A stretch of 64,000 bases of DNA from a virus (taxonomy: Duplodnaviria; Caudoviricetes), in the IMG/VR virus record IMGVR_UViG_3300031760_000005, positions 32,001 to 96,000 of that record; one strand, 5' to 3'. The position numbers and the translations under genes are program-made. Shown piece after piece: positions 9,658 through 19,404 of the stretch. Under the pieces are notes generated by a model. That model saw only the letters and a list, made by a program, of their open reading frames with translations, searched no databases and was not told the origin of the DNA. Each line of letters opens with the position of its first letter. Within the stretch, counting starts at the first letter, position 1.

Positions 9658-11265
9658 ATGTATACATTTTTAGATTTTATACAAGAACGAAAAGAAATGC
9701 AAGTATATGAAGCATTTAATACCAAGAATATCGATTTTGTTACAGAAAAAATAAATAGTATTTTGTTAAAACATATTGATGGTTTAGTACCATTAGTGGG
9801 TTATCAAAAAACTACAATAGAAAAACAAAATTTTTTATCATCACAATATATTATTGTTGATTCTAAATCTCCAAGTAAATCATCAATGTTTCAAATTAAC
9901 TGGTTAGAATCAAAAAATGATGTTTATGCGTATTCTATTGACTTTTTTAAAGATGTAAATTATTTATTTACTGGTGAAGGTAAATCTGACTTAAGTATCT
10001 ATACATTAGGAAGTTCTATTATATATTTCTTACCTATTATTTGGACAATAGTTACTTCACAAAATTATAATCTTTCTGAAAAGAAAGCTATTGAAATTGG
10101 TCGTTCATATTTTAAAAACGCTGAAATAAAAGAATCATTATATTATATTGGAGCATTACCTTATCATGTATTTGAATCATTAAATAATAAAACAGTTTTC
10201 GATATTTTTAAGAAAACAATTAATGAAGCGGTAGATCCAAAATTAAATGAATATGCAGATAAAAAACGTAGAGATGCATTACAAGCATACGCAGATAAAG
10301 ATGAAAAAAAAGCCAATAAATTAGCAGATGAATTTTCAGAAATAAATTCTGCAATTAAAGGTGGGGCAAGTGATCTTAAAGAACTTAAATTAGCTATTAA
10401 ACGTAATGTTAATCTTATTGCAGAAATATCTGAAGAAATGAAGTCTTTCGAAAGTCAATTGAAGGGGCAATCTGAAGATCCAGAACAAACATTTAAAAAA
10501 ATGCAAGGTTATGTAAAGATGGTAATTACAGGAATTAATCCATCTGTTATTCTTTGCGGTGCTCCTGGTGTAGGTAAAACTTATAGAATTAAACAACAAT
10601 TAAAAGCTAATAATTATAAAGAAGGAGAAAATATGTTTACAATAAAAGGTAAATGTACTCCACGTAGATTATATTTAGCTCTTTATGAGTATCAAAACAA
10701 AGGACAAATTCTTTTAATTGATGATGCTGATGGTTTAGTTGGTCCTGGTGCTCCTGAAGAATGTATAAATATTCTTAAAGCTGCGCTTGATAGTACTTCA
10801 GATGATGAAGGTCGTCTTATATCGTATGGTATTTCTGGAAAACTTTTAGATGATGACGGTAATGAAGTACCAAAGAGATTTTACTATAATGGTGGAGTTA
10901 TTGTAATTACTAATTGGAATGCCGGTAAACTTGATACTGCTCTTAGAGGTCGTTCATATATTCAAGATATTAATTTCACTACTGAACAAGTATTGCAAAT
11001 AATTAAAAATCTTATGCCAAAAATTGAACCTGAAACACTAAGTCAAGAATCAAAAACAAAAGCATATAATTATTTAGTAGAATTATCAGAAGAAGGTGCA
11101 GAAATGGAAATTTCAATACGTACATTTGGTATATGTGCAAAAATATTTGAAGCATGTTCTGGTGATATTAATTTCTCTGATGACGATGCAAAATCAATGA
11201 TTAAAGAACAAATGAAACTTCAAGCCTCACGAATTTCGGGCAAAGGAAATAAAGGTAAATACTAA
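9658..11265 (+). CDS. AAA+ ATPase with long N-terminal domain and CTS-like N-terminus
   Basis: Walker A GAPGVGKT, Walker B LLIDDAD, VITN sensor, ALRGR; starts MYTFLDFIQE. Confidence 0.85.
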   Translation: MYTFLDFIQERKEMQVYEAFNTKNIDFVTEKINSILLKHIDGLVPLVGYQKTTIEKQNFLSSQYIIVDSKSPSKSSMFQINWLESKNDVYAYSIDFFKDVNYLFTGEGKSDLSIYTLGSSIIYFLPIIWTIVTSQNYNLSEKKAIEIGRSYFKNAEIKESLYYIGALPYHVFESLNNKTVFDIFKKTINEAVDPKLNEYADKKRRDALQAYADKDEKKANKLADEFSEINSAIKGGASDLKELKLAIKRNVNLIAEISEEMKSFESQLKGQSEDPEQTFKKMQGYVKMVITGINPSVILCGAPGVGKTYRIKQQLKANNYKEGENMFTIKGKCTPRRLYLALYEYQNKGQILLIDDADGLVGPGAPEECINILKAALDSTSDDEGRLISYGISGKLLDDDGNEVPKRFYYNGGVIVITNWNAGKLDTALRGRSYIQDINFTTEQVLQIIKNLMPKIEPETLSQESKTKAYNYLVELSEEGAEMEISIRTFGICAKIFEACSGDINFSDDDAKSMIKEQMKLQASRISGKGNKGKY

Positions 11266-11269
11266 TATT

Positions 11270-11674
11270 ATGAAATCACTTAAAACTATGATAACTGAAA
11301 GTCAAAATAATAATACAATATTTTCACTATTTAAAAATGGTGATGATTCTATTCTTTCAATGATTGCGAAAAGAATTGAAAAATGGGATGCTAATAATGG
11401 TAAACATTCTCGTGAACCAATGTTCTTATGTGACTGGAACAGACAAACTTTATCATGGTCAACTGTAGAAAATCTTCAAATAGAACTTGGAGACAATGAA
11501 GGTCATATTGATGGAGGAACAAATTATAAATTATTTGATGGCTTCTTAAAAGAATATATATCAGGAGAAACTACACCAAATGATCAATATATTCTTGGCG
11601 TATTTATTGATAGATGCTTTATTCCTATTATGGATAAAGAAACTTTTGAAAAGATCTGGTCAAAAATTGCATAA
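11270..11674 (+). CDS. putative internal head protein
   Basis: N-terminus MKSLKTMITE-S. Confidence 0.65.
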   Translation: MKSLKTMITESQNNNTIFSLFKNGDDSILSMIAKRIEKWDANNGKHSREPMFLCDWNRQTLSWSTVENLQIELGDNEGHIDGGTNYKLFDGFLKEYISGETTPNDQYILGVFIDRCFIPIMDKETFEKIWSKIA

Positions 11675-11829
11675 TGAATATTAAAGAACTTATTAAACAT
11701 TTAGAAATATTGCGTCAAAAATATGGGGATGATATAGAAGTATGTAAAGTAAAAAACCATGATTATCTTGCTTCTATATTATCTGATCAAATAGTATATA
11801 ATTGTAAAGAAAATAAAATTGAAATATGA
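11674..11829 (+). CDS. 51-aa hypothetical protein (not in ORF track)
   Basis: MNIKELIKHLEILRQKYGDD...; overlaps both neighbours (TAATG and ATGA). Confidence 0.7.
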   Translation: MNIKELIKHLEILRQKYGDDIEVCKVKNHDYLASILSDQIVYNCKENKIEI

Positions 11830-12362
11830 AACAATTAAATAATTATATATTAGAAAAACTTCAAATAGGTTCTAAAACTAAATTAGGATCAATGTTTAAC
11901 TATTATCCTGAAACTAAAGAAGAATTATATAATTTAGTGCGTAAATTAATTGAAGAACGTGGTAATAAAGCTAATTTAAATGACATTTATGTTAATGAAA
12001 TTACTAATATGAGTACATTATTTTACGAATTAGATTTTAATGGAGATATATCTAAATGGGATGTTTCTAATGTTACTAATATGTCATTTATGTTTTTTAA
12101 TTCTAAATTTAATGGAGATATAAAAAATTGGGATGTTAGTAGTGTAACAAATATGGACAGTATGTTTTGTGGATCTCAATTTAATAGTGATATATCTAAA
12201 TGGGATGTTAGTAAAGTAAAAAATATGCATGCTATGTTTAATTATTCTGATTTTAATGGAGATATATCTAAATGGGATGTAAGTAATGTTACTAATACGA
12301 CTTATATCTTTAATGATTCTCCATTAGAAAAAAATCCACCTAAATGGTATAAGGAAAAATAA
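11826..12362 (+). CDS. DUF285/BspA-like repeat protein, paralogue 2
   Basis: WDVSNVTNM repeats; N-terminus MKQLNNYILEKLQIGS. Confidence 0.9.
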   Translation: MKQLNNYILEKLQIGSKTKLGSMFNYYPETKEELYNLVRKLIEERGNKANLNDIYVNEITNMSTLFYELDFNGDISKWDVSNVTNMSFMFFNSKFNGDIKNWDVSSVTNMDSMFCGSQFNSDISKWDVSKVKNMHAMFNYSDFNGDISKWDVSNVTNTTYIFNDSPLEKNPPKWYKEK

Positions 12363-12377
12363 ATTAAATAATTATAT

Positions 12378-12662
12378 ATGAAAAATTTAGAAGAAATTGT
12401 TACAGATACACAAATTACTGAAGATTTAACATATGATAGCATAATACAAAAATTACAAGAAGCTAAAGAAAATAATGTACCTATTGATGAAGGTATTTTT
12501 GGCGCTATTGGTGGAGCTATATTAGGTGCTTCAGTAGGTCCTAAATTAGGAAATGCAATATGTAAAGCTTTAGGTGTAGATATTAAAGGTACTTTCGGTA
12601 CATTATTAACTTCTAAACTTGTTATGGGTTCTATAGGAGCTACTATGGGTTGGAAAATTTAA
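12378..12662 (+). CDS. glycine-zipper membrane protein
   Basis: GAIGGAILGASVG and GSIGATMG segments. Confidence 0.7.
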   Translation: MKNLEEIVTDTQITEDLTYDSIIQKLQEAKENNVPIDEGIFGAIGGAILGASVGPKLGNAICKALGVDIKGTFGTLLTSKLVMGSIGATMGWKI

Positions 12663-12677
12663 ATAAATAATACATAT

Positions 12678-13472
12678 ATGAGACGTCAAAATATTATAAC
12701 AGTAATAACTCCAGTTTATAATACACAACATAATTATTTTAAAGAATATTTTGATTCAACAATTAAAGCTGTAGAATATTTTAATAATGAATATTTTAAT
12801 AAATTTAATGCTGAATATGATAAAGTTAATATATTAATTTATAATGATGGTTCTGATAATGAAGAAACATTATCTGTATTAACAGAATATAAAAACAAAT
12901 ATTCAGATATTATTACTATAATAAATGGAGAAATAAATAAAGGATATGCTACATCTATAAATATTTTATTAGATAATTGTAATTGTAAGTATGTATGTTA
13001 TATGGATTCTGATGATACTATGGAATTTAATCGATTAACTGTTCAATATGATTATATGGAAGAACATTCTAATATAACATTATGTACAAGTAATACAACT
13101 AATGTAGTAGGTTGGTATAATGGTATAGTTAGAATATTAGAATTATATAATAATCAAAATATAACAAATGATGTAAACACATTATTACCTCAAAATTGTA
13201 TATGTCACCCTACAATATTTTATAAATTATCTGATATAAATAAACATAATATAAGATATAATATTAATTATATTGTTTGTAATGATTATTATTTTTATTT
13301 TGATGTTTTAAAAAACAATTTATATATAGGTTTTATTCCTGATAAATTAGTATTTTATAGAATTAAGAATAATGATAATCAACTAATTCGACGAGAAAAT
13401 AAAAAATGTGGTGAAGAAATTACAAAAATTAAAACATTAATTAAAAATTATATCACAAATTCTGATAAATGA
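12678..13472 (+). CDS. glycosyltransferase family 2
   Basis: ITPVYN, NDGSD, MDSDD, CHPT, NDY motifs. Confidence 0.9.
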   Translation: MRRQNIITVITPVYNTQHNYFKEYFDSTIKAVEYFNNEYFNKFNAEYDKVNILIYNDGSDNEETLSVLTEYKNKYSDIITIINGEINKGYATSINILLDNCNCKYVCYMDSDDTMEFNRLTVQYDYMEEHSNITLCTSNTTNVVGWYNGIVRILELYNNQNITNDVNTLLPQNCICHPTIFYKLSDINKHNIRYNINYIVCNDYYFYFDVLKNNLYIGFIPDKLVFYRIKNNDNQLIRRENKKCGEEITKIKTLIKNYITNSDK

Positions 13473-13549
13473 TTATTATTATTTAATAAATGAATATATT
13501 TAATGTATATTCATTATAAAACTGATAAAAATATAACAAAAATATACGT

Positions 13550-14830
13550 ATGAGCATAAAATTACTTAAAGACCTGAACTTTGCTGAAAAGATCAATTCT
13601 ACAGAAGCTATCACAGAGGCAGGTAAAGATGTTTTGAATAAATACCGCGCATATTGTTATTCAAATCCAGCAACTTGCGGTATTGTTAATGGCTTTGTTT
13701 TAGAAGCTTCTAAATTAAGCTTTGATACAGGTTTGACAAGTATATTAGAATCTGTTAATAACTTTATTAATGAAAACAACATTGGTTGGAAATTAGCTTC
13801 TGCATGTGAAAGTATTTCTAATAACAATTCAACTTACAATTACATTAATAAATTTGGTGTAGCACAAGTTGAAAAACTTCTTGAAATGAATGAATCAGAT
13901 ATTGTTAGCTATATTAAAGCTGGTTCTTTAAAGAGCATTCAATATGTTCCTGAATTCCGTCAAATTTGTAAAGAAGTTTATAAATCAACCATTAATGAAC
14001 AACAAGCAATTAATTATACTATTGTTAATCCTGTTAGTTACGTTTTAGTTGCTGAAAATGGTGAAAATAAAGAATTTTATTTTAAAGTATTAGATAAGAC
14101 ATTTAAAAATACTAATGGCGAAATTTCTGAAGCTGTTTGTGATGATGTTAAATTTAACAGAGTTAATGCTCTTCTTGAAAACTTCGTACGTCATAATGAT
14201 GTATTAGAATTAGAATACACAAGCATTTATAATGAACCTGCTAAATTTGAAATTAATGAAAATAAACTTATTTTCACAAAAGGTAATATTACTGAATCAT
14301 TCGAAAATGCAGTTGATTTTAATGAATATGTAAACAAAGTTGCTCGTGTAATGAATGTAAACGAAAAATTACGTTTCACACAAACTGCTGCTATTGTTTC
14401 TGAAGTATTTGAAAATATTGATAACATTACATCATGTGATTCTGTTAAATTAATGACAACAAACCAAGGTACAGTTCTTGCAATTGTTGAAGGTAATAAT
14501 AATGTTAATTTAACAGTATTCCGTTCTTATAATGCAGGTAAATCTTCAAATAACTATCAATATATGGTTGAAGCTCTTAATAATGTAGTTAAACTTACAG
14601 GTATTGATTTAAAGAATATGTTTGAAGAAAGAATCAATGAAGATATGAAGAAATTAGATCCTCAAGCGCAAGAAATTAAAGAACAACTTGAAGCTAATAA
14701 AGAGGCTCAATATGCAATTCGTAAGAAAAAGATTGCAATGCTTGCAGAACAATACAAAAATGATCCTGTAAAAATTGCTCTTCTTAGTAAAGTAGCTAAA
14801 GATCTTGCTATTCTTGAAAACGCAAAATAA
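13550..14830 (+). CDS. probable head core/scaffold-type structural protein
   Basis: Many I/L-x-E sites; C-terminal coiled coil; own terminator. Function is inferred. Confidence 0.5.
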   Translation: MSIKLLKDLNFAEKINSTEAITEAGKDVLNKYRAYCYSNPATCGIVNGFVLEASKLSFDTGLTSILESVNNFINENNIGWKLASACESISNNNSTYNYINKFGVAQVEKLLEMNESDIVSYIKAGSLKSIQYVPEFRQICKEVYKSTINEQQAINYTIVNPVSYVLVAENGENKEFYFKVLDKTFKNTNGEISEAVCDDVKFNRVNALLENFVRHNDVLELEYTSIYNEPAKFEINENKLIFTKGNITESFENAVDFNEYVNKVARVMNVNEKLRFTQTAAIVSEVFENIDNITSCDSVKLMTTNQGTVLAIVEGNNNVNLTVFRSYNAGKSSNNYQYMVEALNNVVKLTGIDLKNMFEERINEDMKKLDPQAQEIKEQLEANKEAQYAIRKKKIAMLAEQYKNDPVKIALLSKVAKDLAILENAK

Positions 14831-14857
14831 TTATTTTTATAAAATAAAAAAATTTAG

Positions 14858-14890
14858 AATGGAAACTATTTAATTAGTTTCCATTTTTTT
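14858..14890 (+). terminator. intrinsic terminator
   Basis: aatggaaacta/tagtttccatt followed by a T run. Confidence 0.75.
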
Positions 14891-14903
14891 ATATTTTTAA
14901 TAT

Positions 14904-16604
14904 ATGAGGACAGAATTAGTAATATTTATTTCACATATTTTTAATGAGTTTACTGTTGATAGATATAATGATATAAAATATTCATTATTAGAAAATCAGG
15001 AGTTGATATGGTGTTATACTGGAAATCCACCTCCAAATTTTTTTAATCATAATAAAATAATTAAAACATACAAATTTAATCCTCCAGTAAATTATAGGGA
15101 TCCAAATAATAAAAATTTACCAAATAATTCATATTTATTTGTTGATATTTATAATAAATATAATATGTATGAATATTATTGGATGATTGAATATGATGTA
15201 ACTATAAATTCAAATGATTATAATCCATTTGAACAATTATTTAGATATTATAATACATATAGATATGAACAAACTGCAGATGTTATAGCTGACCATATTA
15301 ATACTTATATAACTAATCATAATTATGTATTACTTTATAATTATAATATGTTAAAACGTTTATATCATTTTAACAGTAATTTTATAAATGAAAAAGATAT
15401 TACTTTTGGATTTTTAACTATATGTAGATTTTCTAATAATTTTTTGAAACATTTTAGTAAAAGTAATGATTGGCATAAATTTTATTTTGAATGGGGTATA
15501 TTAACATTTGCTAACAAAAATAATTATCGTATATGTACATTACATAATACATTTTCAACAGAAAATTATTCGCAATTATTTACTTATACGCCATATAGAA
15601 AAATTAATGATGGGTCTAATTCACCACACCCAAATAATAATAAAATAGGCATAAATGATGGTTATCCATTAGGCTGTATTATACATCACGTTAAAAGTTA
15701 TAATGTACAAAAAGAAAAAATTAATGAGCAATATAATATGATTTCAAAAGAAAATAAAGTATGGATATGTGGATTTAATATTCCAAGACAGTTTAATAAA
15801 AATTTAACATATAATTGTTTTAACCCTAAAGAAGAATATTCTAAACATAATATAAATAAATTAAACAGATTTTGGAGTGAATTTGTTTGTCAATATTATG
15901 TTTATAAGAATAACATATATTCTAAAGTAATATCATTTTGTCATGACACAAGAATTATTCAGGCAACTAAAATTAAAGAAAATGAAATTTTGGACAAAGA
16001 TATAATTCAATGTTATTATATAGTTAAAACTAATATGACAAATGAATATGATTATTTAGGTAACAAAATACCTAAAATAGAAGAAGTACCACATAGAGAA
16101 TTTAGAAATATTTATTATGAAATTGTATCTAAAATGAATCAACCAGAATTTATGTACAATGATTTTATAGAATATTTAACAACGCAAAATATAGTTCCTA
16201 TTGAAAATATAATAAATATAACTTCAACTAATGATTATAATTTTATTACTCGTGAAATGTATACCTGTATATGGAATAGATGGATTGATATGATGAAATT
16301 TGTTTGCGGTTATTATGAGTTTATAATAAAAAAATATTCATTAAACATAGTTGATGATTATTATAAACATTTTATTAATAGAATAATTCCTCATTATAGA
16401 AATTTAAAACCAGAAAATTATACTCCATCAAAAATTTTATATATGCAGCCACATGCATTTAATGAAATAAATAATCCAAAAACCAAATATGGTTTAAATG
16501 CGCAATGTAATGTATGGAGATGCTATTCTTATCATATTGAAATATTAATATCATTATATATATTAACTCATAATAATATTTATACAACAAATTGTATTTT
16601 ATAA
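14904..16604 (+). CDS. two-domain glycosyltransferase-like protein (C-terminal DUF4422-like)
   Basis: YYWMIEYDV in the N-half; INKLNRFWSEF..YYVYKN..ISFCH in the C-half. Confidence 0.55.
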   Translation: MRTELVIFISHIFNEFTVDRYNDIKYSLLENQELIWCYTGNPPPNFFNHNKIIKTYKFNPPVNYRDPNNKNLPNNSYLFVDIYNKYNMYEYYWMIEYDVTINSNDYNPFEQLFRYYNTYRYEQTADVIADHINTYITNHNYVLLYNYNMLKRLYHFNSNFINEKDITFGFLTICRFSNNFLKHFSKSNDWHKFYFEWGILTFANKNNYRICTLHNTFSTENYSQLFTYTPYRKINDGSNSPHPNNNKIGINDGYPLGCIIHHVKSYNVQKEKINEQYNMISKENKVWICGFNIPRQFNKNLTYNCFNPKEEYSKHNINKLNRFWSEFVCQYYVYKNNIYSKVISFCHDTRIIQATKIKENEILDKDIIQCYYIVKTNMTNEYDYLGNKIPKIEEVPHREFRNIYYEIVSKMNQPEFMYNDFIEYLTTQNIVPIENIINITSTNDYNFITREMYTCIWNRWIDMMKFVCGYYEFIIKKYSLNIVDDYYKHFINRIIPHYRNLKPENYTPSKILYMQPHAFNEINNPKTKYGLNAQCNVWRCYSYHIEILISLYILTHNNIYTTNCIL

Positions 16605-16619
16605 AAACTGTGGCTAGTT

Positions 16620-16697
16620 TTCATTCTCGTTCACTCAAATATATTAAATGTATAGTTTATCAAAAAATAATATTCAATACAGGAGAGTGAAGAAGAG
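16620..16697. repeat. degenerate copy of the dispersed palindromic element at 36584
   Basis: ttcattctcgttcactcaaat matches 36584-36604 at 20/21. Confidence 0.7.
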
Positions 16698-16737
16698 CCC
16701 ATAAAAATGATAGTTTAAATTTATTTAATACAGTACA

Positions 16738-16761
16738 AAGGAGAGAATTAATTCTCTCCTT
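16738..16761. terminator. terminator hairpin between convergent genes
   Basis: aaggagagaatt/aattctctcctt. Confidence 0.7.
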
Positions 16762-17401
16762 TATCTATATTATTTTCTATAAAATATTTTGAAAAATTAC
16801 TCATAAACCATGCATCAGATATATCATCAACTTTAGGAACAATTTTAAATTCTGGGTGATTTATTGTAAATATATTTATCATTATATCTTTATTACAATT
16901 ACCATTACCTGAAGCAAATTTTTTAATTTCTGATGGAGGTGTAATAATAAAAGTATATCCTTCCTTTTCAATAAATTTATCTCTTATAAGATAATTTAAT
17001 CCAGCTAAATCAAATATAGATTTTGTTCGCTGTGCAGAACCATATGATATACCTTCAATAACAATATATATACCTTCTGGATTATCTTTTGTCCAATCTT
17101 TTATTAAATTATAAATTGTTTTTGCGCATGTACACATATTCCAACTTTTCCAATATTCTTGAAAATGAGAATAATCTTTATAAATACTTAAATCTCTTTT
17201 TTCATAAAAACAATATTGAAAATGCTCAATTGCGTTTTCAGCTTCTTTTTCTTTTTTATTTAACCATTTTGATTCTAATTTATTATAATCAGCTGGTTTT
17301 AATATAATAAAATCTTCTTTAATTTTTACGTCACCATCAAATTTTTGTATACATATACCAGTACTATTAATTGATGGATCTATCCCAATATAATATTTCA
17401 C
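16748..17401 (-). CDS. RuvC-like Holliday junction resolvase
   Basis: IGIDPSINSTG, VIEG, PSEIKKFA, DDISDA. Confidence 0.85.
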   Translation of the reverse strand: MKYYIGIDPSINSTGICIQKFDGDVKIKEDFIILKPADYNKLESKWLNKKEKEAENAIEHFQYCFYEKRDLSIYKDYSHFQEYWKSWNMCTCAKTIYNLIKDWTKDNPEGIYIVIEGISYGSAQRTKSIFDLAGLNYLIRDKFIEKEGYTFIITPPSEIKKFASGNGNCNKDIMINIFTINHPEFKIVPKVDDISDAWFMSNFSKYFIENNIDKGEN

Positions 17402-17423
17402 GTATATTCATAATATATATTTT

Positions 17424-17783
17424 TTAAGGTTTTACTGTTAATGCGTATTTAATCATAAACCATTGAGCTTTTGACTTTGCTTCAATTTCACCACATTGAT
17501 ATAAATTTCTAAAAATCTTCACTACATCATCTTCATATTCATAAAATTCTGTTTTTGTCCAACTATAATAATTTACCCAATTTTCTTTTCTAATTGTTTT
17601 TATAATATCAGAATTTTTTTTCTTACTATTTATTTTTCTAAACATCCCTATAATTAAAGAATAAATAAGACTATTAGTGTCACATAAACAATTTAAATCA
17701 GATTCAGTATATTCTTCATTTTTCAAATAATCAATAGGATATATCCTAACACCATAAACAGTTTGAAATTTTGAATTACTCAT
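17424..17783 (-). CDS. hypothetical protein
   Basis: ORF in operon. Confidence 0.7.
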   Translation of the reverse strand: MSNSKFQTVYGVRIYPIDYLKNEEYTESDLNCLCDTNSLIYSLIIGMFRKINSKKKNSDIIKTIRKENWVNYYSWTKTEFYEYEDDVVKIFRNLYQCGEIEAKSKAQWFMIKYALTVKP

Positions 17784-17798
17784 TTTTATATTTTTTAA

Positions 17799-18023
17799 TT
17801 ATTTATCTTTACTTAATCTATTTAATACTTTCAATAAATCTAAACGTATATCTTCTGGTACATCTAAATTACCACCTGCGCCTGGTCCACAAATTTTAAC
17901 CACAGGTCCAAATCCATTATATCCATCCTTTTCCCAATAAGTAGCAATAAAATAATCATCACCTGTTGGATTAGTGAATATTTTAAGACATGCACCATCT
18001 ACATTATCACTTCGTATAACCAT
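17799..18023 (-). CDS. hypothetical protein
   Basis: ORF in operon. Confidence 0.65.
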   Translation of the reverse strand: MVIRSDNVDGACLKIFTNPTGDDYFIATYWEKDGYNGFGPVVKICGPGAGGNLDVPEDIRLDLLKVLNRLSKDK

Positions 18024-18031
18024 AATTATAA

Positions 18032-18499
18032 CTAATATTTATAATGCCAACGTACATGAAATTCATAAGTATTTGTTTCATTACACACCTCTTTTTGATT
18101 ATATAAATTTATCTCAACTTTCAAACCATTATCAGTTAACCATTTTTCATAATAATTTTTATCATTGCTTTTTTCTTCACATATTAATATGAAATCTGCC
18201 CAGCATTGCCCATTATATGCAATGTCTCTCATGGTTTTTTGCATTACATTTAATGTCTCGCTTTTTAACAATTGCCAATCTTTATATTTTTTATCATAAC
18301 ATTCATTATAAAGTTTATCCAATTCATCACATAATTTATAGGATTTATTAGGATATAATTTATCTTTATATTCTATTTTTCCACATTTTTTACATTTCCA
18401 AATAGAACGTTTACCATTACAGTAATTTATTTGATCGCCATATATATTACGAACAAATTCATATTCATGCTCACAAAATAAACTTTTAAACCAACTCAT
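18032..18499 (-). CDS. hypothetical protein with N-terminal Zn-ribbon-like motif
   Basis: FCEHEY...CKKCGK; ends in TAG. Confidence 0.7.
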   Translation of the reverse strand: MSWFKSLFCEHEYEFVRNIYGDQINYCNGKRSIWKCKKCGKIEYKDKLYPNKSYKLCDELDKLYNECYDKKYKDWQLLKSETLNVMQKTMRDIAYNGQCWADFILICEEKSNDKNYYEKWLTDNGLKVEINLYNQKEVCNETNTYEFHVRWHYKY

Positions 18500-18511
18500 A
18501 TATTTATTATT

Positions 18512-19126
18512 TTATTGTAGTTTTGGATATTTTTTCTCAAATGTGCCATCACCTATTTCATCATCACTTATTATCATATCACCTGTTTTTGGATCAATTC
18601 TTGAATGTTTCTTATGCCATTCATATGATTCTTCATTACTCATTGCTTTAATACCTTTTATATAAAAACCAATTGTATTCTGAGCAACACGAAAAGCAAG
18701 TGGTGTTTGTTGACGTGCCTTTTCATCCTCCATTAATTCATGAGTAGATAAAGAATGATCATAATAAAATTTATTATTGTTTATATTAAGTGCAGTATTA
18801 AAAAATCCTCCAAGTAAAAGACGACGAAGATTATGAGCAAATCTAATGTCTTTATTAGAATAATTATACATTCCAGGATATACTTCTAAAACTCTTGCAT
18901 CTTTAACTAAATATATACGATACCCAAGTTCAAGTAAATCGAATGACAAATGAAGAAGATCATAAGTACGAATTCGCTTACAACCATTTTTGATTGCCTC
19001 TTCTGTGTCAAGATATGAATAACAATCAATAGTAGGTAGTGATATAAATTTATATTCAAATGTATCAAGAATAAAATAGATCTCCTTTTTATTCTTTAAT
19101 CTTTCTTTTTTCCAATCAATTTCCAT
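18512..19126 (-). CDS. hypothetical protein
   Basis: 204-aa ORF in operon. Confidence 0.7.
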   Translation of the reverse strand: MEIDWKKERLKNKKEIYFILDTFEYKFISLPTIDCYSYLDTEEAIKNGCKRIRTYDLLHLSFDLLELGYRIYLVKDARVLEVYPGMYNYSNKDIRFAHNLRRLLLGGFFNTALNINNNKFYYDHSLSTHELMEDEKARQQTPLAFRVAQNTIGFYIKGIKAMSNEESYEWHKKHSRIDPKTGDMIISDDEIGDGTFEKKYPKLQ

Positions 19127-19138
19127 ACAATCCTATAA

Positions 19139-19393
19139 TTATTTAATAAATGTAATTTCTAAATTTTCATTAAAGACCATAATTAATAATTTAATAAATA
19201 GTACAAACCAAATACAATTATACATAAATTTAATCATTTCACGATATCTAACATACTTATTTGGATCGTCTAATATTTGATCAACAGCCATTTGATTTAC
19301 ACTATTATTAAATATTTCTAACAAATGTATAATTTGATATACGCATAATCTTACAATTAATATAATTAATATAATTTTTATAACTAATGACAT
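19139..19393 (-). CDS. small two-TM membrane protein
   Basis: Two hydrophobic segments. Confidence 0.6.
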   Translation of the reverse strand: MSLVIKIILIILIVRLCVYQIIHLLEIFNNSVNQMAVDQILDDPNKYVRYREMIKFMYNCIWFVLFIKLLIMVFNENLEITFIK

Positions 19394-19404
19394 ACTTTTA
19401 ATAT

